DNA of 64,000 nt from Epiperipatus broadwayi (taxonomy: Eukaryota; Animalia; Onychophora): the NCBI GenBank assembly GCA_028023455.1, contig JAQFVV010000009.1, positions 9,672,001 to 9,736,000 of the forward strand, given 5' to 3'. Positions within the stretch are counted from its first letter, which is position 1, and each line of letters opens with the position of its first letter. Below are positions 51,730 through 64,000 of the stretch, in pieces. The notes below the pieces were generated by a model, which was not told where the DNA came from, made no database searches, and worked only from the letters and a program-made list of their open reading frames with translations. The translations under genes were made by a program, and so were the position numbers.

Positions 51730-52290
51730 GTAAATTAAAAGGGTTGGCTGATTCATACTTCTAGAGGGGTACCTGAATTGGTTCTTGTGAGTGGGGTGAG
51801 AGATTTTAGTGAGTGTTGTGGGATTCATTCTTTCTTTGGCAGTCATTCTGGGCAAATCATCCACTACTTTGGTTCCAGAATTCTGCAATCATCCAGCTAC
51901 TTAAAGATTCATATACGGACCCGACTATTACTGATATTCTTAAGAAGAAATCCATTATACAGTTCTTTTAAGAACTCTTGTCTTGTGGAGTCGAGTAACC
52001 ATTCGAGACAGCAGATGAAAATTTAATAATAATCACAATTATTATAATATACAAAAAAAGAAAATATGAAGCAATCTACTAGAGGTTCCAGTAAAATGAC
52101 CGTGGGGTAGACAACTAGCCAGTGCACCCTGTCCTTTCTCTGTCCAAATCACCAAGATGTGAGCATGCAAATTCCAGCCAGCCACGATGATGACAAAAAC
52201 TGCCTTGCCTATGCCTGAAGGCGATGAAATCCTCACCGCACAGCTAGTTGAATTGAAGCCCACTCAAAGCCCAGTCAGGACAAGATGAAG
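51730..52290 (-). mobile_element. Decayed LINE ORF2 fragment (L1-like, tentative)
   Basis: GC-richer coding-like remnant with many stops (FHRLQA.ARQFL..SW, HW..VY). The family is not firmly recognised. Confidence 0.35.
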
Positions 52291-52977
52291 ATGCCTACAT
52301 AAGTTTCTTTTAAAAATATTTTATTATTAAATTAATTCATTCTGATATTTCCGATAATTAGAAATATATTATTTTTTTCTTATTACTATTAATCATTTAA
52401 AAAAGGCAGAGAGTTGTCTCTCGCATATATATATATTGAATTTACGGTAATTACAGGCATAATGACAGAACTGTTGCTTAAATCTTTTAATATCATTTTT
52501 TCTATCCCAACTTCTTGTATTTTCAGCAAAGGTTGCAATTAGTTTTTTTTTTTATTGCTGCTTGTTTTTCTTCTTGTTGAAAATTGTCATGTGTAAGTAT
52601 ACATGTGTATATACACGCACATACACGGGTAATATTCAGTAAATACGACATCTCATGTTGAGTGTCTAAGAATGTATTTATCAGTATATCCTTTTAAGTT
52701 ATTTTTTGTCACTGCTGCACCTTATGATGAGTGCAAAAGGGGTTTATTCATTGTAAATTCTCCGTAAGCAAGTCCACTAATAACTTTATATTTAGAATAG
52801 TAGTAAGTGTATAATTGTGCTGCATGTATATACATGTATAAGAATTTATCATAAAAGGCAAATAGATACAGCACTTCATGTTGAGTGCTCTATGGTATCT
52901 GAGCTAACACAACCTTATTGACATGTAAAATATGAAATTATAGAAATATTTTATAGTGCAGATATATGCACACATAG

Positions 52978-53012
<35 letters not shown>

Positions 53013-53331
53013 TGATTTTTAAAAAGCATTTATGGCACTGGTTACATTATGCTAAGCATTAGTTTTATTTTATTTTTTTTTTATTTTTGTTTATATTATA
53101 TGTTATGATGTAATTATTTACTACTGTGATTGAATTGCCAAATGCAATATCTGTGTGATTTTAATATTTTATGTTATATTTATACTTTTTTTTTTTTGTA
53201 TTTTATTAGTGTTTTTAGTTGTTACATTTAAATTCCTCACACAAGATTTTTCTTGTATGGAATTTATCTCACTGTATTATACATTTATTGTTTGCTTCAT
53301 AATGAATAAATAAATAAATAAATAAAAATAA

Positions 53332-53684
<353 letters not shown>

Positions 53685-55659
53685 ATTTGCTATCAATAAA
53701 AACAGGTTTTAAAGTCCTGGGTAGAAGTGTATGCTTGTATGACTGAAAATCTTTTATATGAGAAATATATATCAAATCAACAAGAAATAATATTTCTACA
53801 GGGTAAAAAGCTCAGACCACTTCCATTCATTATGAAACATTGTAAATAGTTTTAGGGATTTATTATTTTTCTTATTCATTTAAAATTATATTTATATTTT
53901 ATCCATTTCAATGCATCAAATACATATATGGGTTTGTAATAATTAATTATTTAGTATTTATTATTATATCATTATAACTATGAAACAGTGGTGGGTATCT
54001 GGGAGTAAATAAATATTTGATCATAATATTAAATTTGTTTCGTTTTCATATTATTATTTATTTGATAAAATGTACTCTTTCCTTATCAATCACGTACCTA
54101 TAATAACCATTTAACTTACTCATTGAAGACCTAGATGTAGAGTACTGATCTAGCCACATGGGATATCGCTCTACCGGGGTGTTAAATCTTATTCTTATGC
54201 TCCGCTGAAGATATGGTATTGCACATCTTTCTAGGAGGGGGGAAAATTCATTTTTTATTCTTTTCTGGAAGTGGCATGCAAAAGCTATTTTGTAAATAGA
54301 CTTTTCAAAAGTGTGTATTTACCATAGGTCCTAAAAATTCAGGCATTCAAGTAAGATATTAACTAAAGGGGTTTAGCTGGAAGTACCAATATATATGAGT
54401 ACAGGCAATCAGCTAAATTAGTATCCATTTCTTTCCCTGTTAAATCTTGATCACTTCATGCTCAGTGCAAAATTAGGAGCAGAATTTTGCAGGAAAGTAT
54501 GGTCCGGCACAGCGGAAAATATGATGTCATTCACACTAAAACCATACAGTACAGATTTATTCATTATATATTATACAATACTTTTTTTGATTATAAAATT
54601 AAAATACGATGACGGTATTTATCTAATTTTCATTCAGTATCTTTGCAAGACAATCAATACTTTCATTTATGACATATCTAAAGAAAAGATTTCCATCATT
54701 AATATTTAAAAAAGATAAAAAAAATGTCTATTTCATTCAATATATGTAATCAAAAACATACTTTGATGGCATACAATAACAAAGTGCATAAATAATAAAT
54801 TTTAAAATGTGTTCATTAAATAAAATATATTCCCTGAAACAATTTCTTATATGTTATTTTGCCTACAGCTAAAAATACAATAATTGTAACTATAAAATAC
54901 AGTCAACATAATAAAACAGTCGATTTTAAGTCAAGATCGAGTTTAACTATTCTACCACTTAACCCACATTTCACCCTGCTCCTTTTTGTTGTATGTATAT
55001 AAGTTATATGTGTATTTCTGAGAAGCATCTATGAGATTTATAAATATAAATCTTAAATAAAAATTTTATTTAATTATTTTAAATATTAACTTCAATAGAT
55101 GTGACTCAGATATATACATATATTACAGGAGCATACATATAAAATTAAAAATATTATATACTGTAAATAATTTTGCATCTTTTAAAATTATATATTTTTT
55201 TACTTATATTTTTAATACTTTATAATTATTTTTCTTCATATAATTACACAAAAATTCAAGATGGAAGATGCAAACGTTAACTTTCCAAGAGGAATTAAAG
55301 GGGTGAGAACATTAGTTTGTTTCATGGTTTAAAAAGAAATTTTTAAATCAAAGTTAATGAAAGTAAAATTTAAAACAAAGCTAATTGATTTTAAGTTAGC
55401 TGTTAACATTTTTATCAAATCTATTTCCAATCTGGAAATTGATTTGAATTTATTTTTGGACAGTTATATAGCGATTGCATCTCCAATAACAATAGAGAAA
55501 ATATTTCTGTAGATTCAGGATTCCATTTGAGTTGAAAAATTTAATTAAAAACATTCTTTAAATAACTCAAAACTAGTATAAATAGGGTAAAAATCTATTG
55601 TGTTAGAGTTTGGTCAATAACCGACTTCACATCTATTTGATTTTTGAAATGGTTTTTGA

Positions 55660-55860
55660 GTAGGGGCCTAAGCGGCCTTCCCCTTTATCTTCAGCCTGAC
55701 TCTTCACCATGCAGAGAACCACCGAGGCTGAGAAACATGTTTGTTAGCTTAAGTAGAATCTGCCTGCCACAAAAACCAAAGAAGGCTGCCTTCCATAGAA
55801 GATTCATCCATAATTCATTCCATGGAATCAGAGGTAACAAGTCCAAAGTCCTTATAATAA
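55660..55860 (-). mobile_element. RTE-like LINE C-terminal fragment
   Basis: The minus frame ends ...GEESG*R*RGRPLRP, resembling the G.R.RGRP motif. Confidence 0.4.
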
Positions 55861-57689
55861 TATTACCTGAATTCTAATTACTAACTCTTAAAAAAATTTC
55901 ATGTTTCTTTATGTTAAACCTTTTTTTAACTCGCTAATCGGCGAGCATGTTAAACTAATAATTATTTTCTTAGTATCGATTCTCTATAACCTAAACTAAT
56001 CTTATTATAAAATATTTCATCCAACTCATGCTTCTTATTTTTCTTATAATTTAGTGCAGTTATAATTTAACTTTATATTTTCACTTAATTTTTATTTATA
56101 AATGCCAATCAAACCCAGTCTTCTGAACTTCTTCTATATCCCGCTGTGGAATAGAGAAGAGGAGAGGCAGGAATTAATGAGTTCTTGTTATTCATTTCTA
56201 AATAGCTTGTAAGATTAAGTTTCTCTTTTAAAATGAATATATACTTTAAAAAAATTTTTTTTTATCGTAAATTTATACAAAATGTATAAATACTTTGCAA
56301 TCTGGGGTGGATATTAGTGTTCATTAATTTTATTAATTTCTTTATTGATCATCATCATCAAAAGGCTGGTGACCAAATGCTATTTTATTTGCACTTTTAA
56401 GCGCGCAAATTTTAGTTGTTTTTTTTTTATATGTGAAACAAAATAGTATTGATTCAAGAAGGGGGGCAATGCATGCTTCATTAATTATAGTTTTAACTTC
56501 TGATAAATGACTTTATCTTACATGGGTCATTATTTTAACATATCATTACATATTTGTTAAACCACTTAGGGCTTCATTTTAGTATTTAAATCTAATGATT
56601 TTATATTCTTATAATAGCATTGCTAGCATATGTCAGACTTTATTAATGAGCCACATAAGGGTTTTGATCTGATTCACCCATACCTCATTCTGGGGAGTCC
56701 TGATCATCTTCATTTGTCATTCTTCTCCTCAAAGTATATATTTATATACTGCGTGGATGTGTCTGTACCTCATTCAAGAAGGTTTGAAGCCTTCTGTCCT
56801 TTTTCAGTGTTCTTATTTGTAACAGGGGTATAAGTCTATTCCTTGGAACAAACAGGTTAGTGTAGTTGAACTCTGTATGGCTTTGCCATAATCCAGACCC
56901 ATAGTAACTTCCTTTCGGTACTGCTCAAACATGAAGCTGGTGTACCACCTTAAAATTGAAGAATGATGTTTTCTCGGCTGAAGTTGTCATTTTCTTTTTC
57001 ACTGACATGATGCTAATACCGCAATTTCTTATATTTCGTTTTCTAGCCTGTTTAACAAAATAAACCATAATGATGTGTAATAATGAAACGTTTTTAAATA
57101 TTTTTTGTTGGAGTTTTAGATCCAACCTCTCAAAGCTGCCCTCCCCTTTATTGAAATAAGCCATTCCTGTATTTATAGAGTTTCGCAATATTTGATTGTT
57201 AAATGTAGAATAAATAAATGTTTTTAATATACTTACGGATCATCATGTATCCTTATTTAATTGTCATAAATAAATGCTATAAATGAAAACAAAGTTATGT
57301 ATCAAAGGCCAAGGGCATCCTATGAATTCGTATAAGCAGCGAAACTCTATTATTGTATCTTTACATATATTTTCTAAATCTATAAACATCCGCCAATCAC
57401 CCAGATAAATCTGTTTTTGTAATCTTAAATAAAATCCGATTTCCAAATATACATTCAGTATTGTAATGCTGCACTAAATTAATATGCGTTAAAATAAAAT
57501 AATTGAATCAAGATTGTCAAATATTTGTAACCAAAATAAAGTTTAAAATGCGTGAAGTTGATTATACATATATAAAATCATCTTGAATTTTTTCAAAATA
57601 AATATTCATATTTTTAAACTTAATCCAGTTTTCGAATCTCATTAATATATTTATATATGTTTTAACTTATATCTCAGGTTTACTCAATC

Positions 57690-57975
57690 TCTCATCATCA
57701 TCATCATCACCCGTTGAGTTCTCAAGCAAAACGTTGTAGCACCGGACCGGGAGAGAATGAATTCATGTGGTATCATCGTAGGTGTTATCCGTAGTGTTAT
57801 AGATTTGGGAATGGGCAAATAGGTTAGAATTCATGATTGCTCCTGACCTGTGTATCTTGGGCATGATTGGATTTGGATACTTTTGTCTAAATTCTAAATC
57901 TTGTTGGATGGACATACATTTTCGACCGGTAAATATTTGTAAGTTATTTTGAGGAAACAAAAAAAAAATGATTTT
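57690..57975 (-). mobile_element. LINE 3' end with (GAT)n tail
   Basis: ORF 57763..57996 remnant with a (cat)5 run at about 57694-57708. Homologous to 24720-24950. Confidence 0.55.
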
Positions 57976-59039
57976 GTGCATTATAATACTAAACATAAAT
58001 TAAAAGTATTATTTATTTGTTGAATTTCAAATCAATAATCTCATTATTTGTTTCTGACATATTTGAGATAATAACAATCATTGTAAACATAAAAAATACA
58101 GTATTGTTCAAATAATATTTAATTATTTACATTATTAAAACTGCAGTGATAAACTGTACACTACATTTCCTTATTTAATTTCGACTGCATTTATGTGAAA
58201 TAAATGAGCAAAATGTTGCTTTAAAAAAAACAGTGTTGCAAAAAAAATTCAGTATTATTCGTTAGATAATATGAAATATAAATAAAACACAAAGTACACC
58301 AAAAATAAATTTTAGAATGTACATTGCATTACATTATTATTATTTTTTTATATACACTCTATTTTAAGAAATCATGATTCAGGAAATGTCATTTTCTGAT
58401 TATATAAAAAAGCAAAATGGTAAATGTTTTTATACATTATCTACCAAAAGTTAGAAACACTTTCCCCCCCACTAATAATATGTTTAGTAAAATGTTTGTT
58501 CATTAATTAATACTTTTTTCAATTTCAAGTCTTATTTTTTTGAACTGGATTTTTATACATTTTGAATTTAAGATAACAAATTAACATTTCTTCCATAAAA
58601 ACTCATAATAATTGCTTATTTTTTTATTTATGAAGCATTAAAAGATTTTTACAAAATGCAAATTATTTGAAAGTTTCTATTTCACTAATGTTAGCACAGT
58701 GAATATATTGGGTTATTAAGTTTAAAATTAATATGAGAGTATTTCTTCCCAATTGTCATATCTTTCAAAATTAATTAAACATAAAAAAAGATATTAGAAC
58801 ACTATTATTTTATCTAAAAAAAAAAATGACATAGTGCAAAAATTTTATAAATACATATTTTTATTTATAAAAATTTGTAATTTAATGATAATATAAAAAA
58901 AAAAAACCTTTATAATTATTTTATATTGATGTCAGGAACTAAATGAAACATATACTTGGGAAACAATAAAATGACTTTTGTATATAAGAGTTAAATAGAA
59001 AAAAATCAATAAGCAATGATAGATAGAACAACATTGTTT

Positions 59040-59250
59040 CTGATACAATCAGCCCTTTCCACCTTTTTTATGTTTTTCCACCCATCTCAATTATTTGTCT
59101 GTCTTCAGTCAATTGTGTTAATAGTGTCCAGTGATAACTGATTTTTCTCATGTCACTAATCATCTCCCTACAATAAGTATAACAATGGGATTGTAAGCAT
59201 CACCTTTCCATCTTTTAATAACACTCCACCAATTCTGACTTCAGTGTGTT
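59040..59250 (-). mobile_element. RTE-like LINE 3' fragment adjacent to (TA)16 at 59265-59296
   Basis: Decayed C-terminal RT-like remnant on the minus strand. The TA tract was read directly. Confidence 0.35.
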
Positions 59251-59260
59251 TTTGTATCAG

Positions 59261-59299
<39 letters not shown>

Positions 59300-60599
59300 A
59301 AACAAAAAAACAGCAATAGAAATTGGTTTAATTGACTAAGATTATATAGATATAAACTTATATGAGTCATATAATCAATAATGAGTTATTTAAACTTTCT
59401 TAGAAAATGATTGTGATTAGGAAGTTTTATTTTCAAATGTGAAAAGACATAGAAAAGTAGGTTCAAAATATGACTAGACCATTGTATATGAAGAGTTGCT
59501 AATTTTAAACATATGAAATTATTGTATTATAAAAAAAATGGCATAGAGATAAAGAAGTAGTAAAAATAATAATGATGAGTTCAATTTTTTTTCGAAAGAA
59601 AAGTACATCAAATGTAAATTTTCCATGATATGGACCTTTCAAGATCTGATCATTGAAAAGCATTTGTATTTAAATGTTGGTCTTTTTTAAAGGATTGAAA
59701 AACAATGTCATAATGTTTTTATTAATGAATGATATAATAAGAATATGATGATGATATTTTGAATAAGCAAGAGAGTATTATTTACAGTTATTTTTTGAAT
59801 AATGATACAATAATTCAGATGACTGAATTTAATAAAATATCGATCCAAACAATTAATTTAAATGTAAATAGATATTGGGCTTGATGAAAATAAAACAGCT
59901 ATTAATAATGTTGAAATTGAAATTCGTTCTGGATTTCATGAAATACCTGGAAAAGTTAAATATGATGGCAATATTTGAATTTTAAAAACTATTGGAATTT
60001 CTTTTTTGGAATATAGGATCAATAATGTTATTTCGGTTGTAGAAAGGATTTGCTGTTAGCTAAAAAAAGACTCATTGATTCCTCTTTGAGATCTTAAAGG
60101 AACTTAGCAGGCAAATTCCTAATGTCGCTTCCATAATTTCTAGTCATTGAGGTTGTTATCACTATGTGATTATTTTTATAGTATACAAACATGAATGGAC
60201 TGCTCACCAACATGCATCAATCAGTGCAGTGCATTTATTGGCTTTTTAATCTCCGAGTTTCAAATCAAGCAACAATGTGGGCTTTCTTCTCAGTTGCTTG
60301 ATAGCTCTTATCTAAAATATCAGTTGAGTTTTTTTTTGAAGACAGAATGAATGTGTGTGTGAATGAATTTTTTTTCCTTTTTAATATATATTTACAATCA
60401 TAAGATATCACATTCTTTTCGCCTTTCTAACCAAATTTTGCGAACAATTCTTTTTTAGAATAATATATTAAACACACTCTCCCTTTCCTCCCATATTGGT
60501 TGAGTGGTTTGTTTTTTTTTTTTACCCTTTGCTAGTGTGTTGTTTTGTATGTGTTTTCAATATGCGCGTAAGGCGGTGATTTATAGATTTATATATAAT

Positions 60600-63300
60600 C
60601 ATAAGATATGTAAATTATAATTCTTATTTCCATGAAGATGTAGTCACTAGCCAAAAAAGTGCTTGTCAGCTGAAGTCAGAGGATACTAAAAATTCCGATT
60701 GTGGAGAGACTATCATTTGATAATTATCTTTTATTTAGATACTTACAATTACAGATCACTTTCAAATGAAGGAAGATTGGATGAATTGGAAGAAAAACTA
60801 TCTAATATTAAATGGGACATTGTTGACATTGAAGTTAAAAGAAAAACTAAAGAGACAATTGATATAAAAAAAGGACATATACTATACTAAAAGGCACAAA
60901 TATTGGAAGCACAAGTAGAACAGAAATCATTACAAATGAAAACTGGAAAAACAACATTGTGGAGATTAATGGTATATCAGATAGAATGGCAAGATTAGTT
61001 TTCAACTTAATGGCAGAAAAAATGCAGATAATTCAGGTTTATGCTCCAAGAAATTCTCATTGTGGTGAAGAAGTAGAGAATTTTTATACATTATGTACAT
61101 TAGATTTTTGCATCAGACTAAACAACATCTTAAAATTGTCATGAGAGTTTAATGCTAATATTGGTAAATGATTGAAAGATGAAGATGCTATGGGTAAATT
61201 TGTATATAATAATAGAAAAGAGAGAGAACACAGACTTGTTGAGTTTATAGACAAAGAAAAACGTTATATTATGATTTCTTTCTCTGAGAAAAATGCTAAA
61301 TGGAAATGAACATGGAAGCATCCAAATTGAAATAGAGCAGAACTGGATTATATTTTGACTAACATAAAATATATATTTCAAGATTGTAGTGTTCTTAAGA
61401 AATTCAACACAAGTGCTCATCAATTAATGAGAAGTAAGATATGTGTCAATGAAAAACTAGAAGAATAAAAATTATTAAGAAAAACAGTATTCAGAATTGA
61501 TATTCTTAATCTTCAGAAACATTCCAATGAAATTTAGATATTGCAAAAAAATGTTAAGATTTTGAAGATGGTTCAGATTTAATCGAACTCAATAGGAAAA
61601 TAATTGATACACTATTAAGAACTGCAACAAAGATAACTAGTATAAAAAGCAATTGACCACTACAATTTTTACTGAGGCAAGATAATTTTCCAAGAAAAGA
61701 AAGAATATGAAAAAATATTAAAAAAATCCACTAAGCGGGATTGAAAATCTAGAATTTTGTAAAAAAAGTTAATAATGACATAAGCAAACATAAATGTGAA
61801 TTAACAAGGAAAGCTATATAAGAGAATAAAAAAATTCAAAAATGTAAAACAGCAGTCTGAGATTGGTAGGAAACTTATTTCTGCAATAAAAAGAAAAAGG
61901 CGGAACTATTACTAAAAAGAGAGATGGCATCAACAACAAGAAAACATAATATCCCCAATAGTTATTATATTCTCCGAGTTGCAATAATTTTAAATGAAGA
62001 AGTGAGTCATGCAATTAAATCTATGAAAAAAGGAAAAGTTCCAAGTAATGATGGAATTATAATCGATATCATAAAAAATAAAAACAAGTGAAGAAATAAA
62101 AAAAAATGTTGGGAAAATTATATACCAAATGTCTAAATGATAAAGATGTATCAGATGATTAGGAGAATGCAATACTAATATGAATATTTAAAAAAAGTGA
62201 TAAATATTAGAAATTACAGACCTATCAGTTTTTTTTATCAATTCTATACAACATTTTTGCCAAGATAATTATAACTTGTTTACAGTGATATTTGAATTCT
62301 AACCAATCAAAAAAGGACAAGCTGGATTTGAAAGTGGTTTTAGTACAGTAGATCACTTCCAAGTATTAAAAGAAATTATATAAGGGATCAATGAATATGA
62401 ATAGCCACAATGCTTTGGATTTTTAGATTATGAAAAAAAACATTAAATCATCAAGATACAGAGGACATATTCAGAAGAACATTTATCAAAATGCAGCAGC
62501 AATAATTATATTACAGTGATATTAAGAAGATTAACATTGAGAATGATATTTGAAAGGGTGACTCCACATCTCCAAAATTTTTTATAGCAGTTCTGCAAGA
62601 AAGTATTTGTGTATTAAAATAGAAAGCTAGGCGAACTTCAAGAAATGTTGCAAGAGTTATCAGCTGAAAGTAAGAAAGTAGAACTAAAGATAAATGCAAA
62701 AAAAAAAAAAAAAAGTAATGTTCAATGATTTTCGCAAAAGAAGAAAATAAATATATTAGAAGAAATTAACAACAACACATGGAAACAATGAATATAATTA
62801 ATGATAGAATTAAACTTTGATAGAGGGTTTTTGGTATAAATAACTTAATATTAAAAGAAAATATACCTATATTTTGAAAAGGAAGGTTTTAAATAAATGA
62901 GTTTTACCAATTCTTAGTTATGGATCTAACATTACACTTAATAGAAGAGCAATAAACCTCAGACCATTCAATGAAGTACGAAGAGATGTAGGTTAGTAAG
63001 AACAGAAGAGATTGAAAATAAAATACATGGGTAAGAGAACAAACAGATGTTACTGATATCACTGAAGGAATTAAGATACTATGGACTAAACATAACTGGA
63101 CATATTGCTAGAAGAGATGATAATAGATAGACAGCTGAAATTTTAAAGTTTACCCAAAAAAACTAAAATGAGATGTGAAACTGATGGATGAAATAAGGCA
63201 GTAAGTTGGAGTGATGGGGAGAAGAAAGGCTGGAGATTGGATTAAATTTGGACAGACCTTCATCCTGTAGTGGATCAATAATGATTGAAAATGATGATGA
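60600..63300 (+). mobile_element. Near full-length, decayed RTE-clade LINE (AP endonuclease plus RT)
   Basis: Ordered motifs TYNYRSL..KWDIV, IQVYAP, ELDYIL, GKVPSNDGI, NYRPIS, QAGF.SGFSTVDH, FLDYEK and KGDSTSPKFF, ending in a gatgatga tail. The YADD segment appears deleted; many stops. Confidence 0.9.
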
Positions 63301-64000
63301 CAATATTATCTCAATTGATTTATAGTTGTTATTAAGAAATAATTATCTATTAACTCTGAAAATATATTTTAAGGATTTTAATGAATAGATTATTTCTATT
63401 TCTAGTCATATATGAGTGGTGATCAAAGAATCAAGAAGTAATTATAAATATAATTTTTGTTACCAGACAAATGCAAAAGAAGTATTGTAAACAAAAACTT
63501 GGTCTACATATTGATTTTATCAATATTATAAAGCTAATCAAAAAGATTTATAAGTAATTTATGGTTTCTTCATGATGGAATGAGAGAAAGTGAAATTATT
63601 TATCAGTAACAGAAAATCCAAGATGTTTGAAATGAAAATTGGCATTAAATAGGAATATGTACAAAGTTCAATTTTGATTTCTATTTTTATGATGGTACAA
63701 TTTACATATGATTCCATATAACTGGCATCAAATCATGCTATAGGTTTGATGTGGAAGTTTTCATTTGAACAAAATGACTAAAAGCAAAAATTTCCATCAT
63801 TTTGGCTTCTCAATGTATAGTATGTTAAATATTATGATATTCTTGCCAATTAAAAAATAATTTGAAAAATGTTTTTAAGATTTGAATGCAATCTATAAAA
63901 AAATTATGTTTAAAAAACAACAAAATATGTGCTTTATTAACAGGCAATGAAAATAAAATTTTCAGTAATTTGTGATCATCATCTAGAAAATGTTAAATAT

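Overview
Very AT-rich eukaryotic genomic DNA (roughly one quarter GC by eye, not computed), probably from an invertebrate animal. The whole window appears to lie inside one long minus-strand gene, mRNA-decapping enzyme subunit 1 (DCP1). Four in-phase GT-AG coding exons were reconstructed (38354-38227, 15048-14982, 11082-10914, 3833-3168); the first two exons and the 3' exons were not found and probably lie outside the window. The introns are a transposon graveyard: RTE, L1/Tx1, Ingi/Vingi-like and R1-like LINE remnants, two Penelope-like elements, hAT and Tigger/pogo DNA elements with intact TIRs and TSDs, several foldback hairpins, a 53+53 bp higher-order minisatellite and a pure (ATT)117 tract. 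The best leads are hammerhead-ribozyme-like motifs (one in the loop of a 207-bp hairpin on the DCP1 sense strand, others in Penelope 3' regions), a decayed two-TM ORF resembling a DEG/ENaC channel, an unidentified decayed ORF at about 57 kb, and a possible poison exon. None amounts to a demonstrated new system; all need computational or experimental checks.
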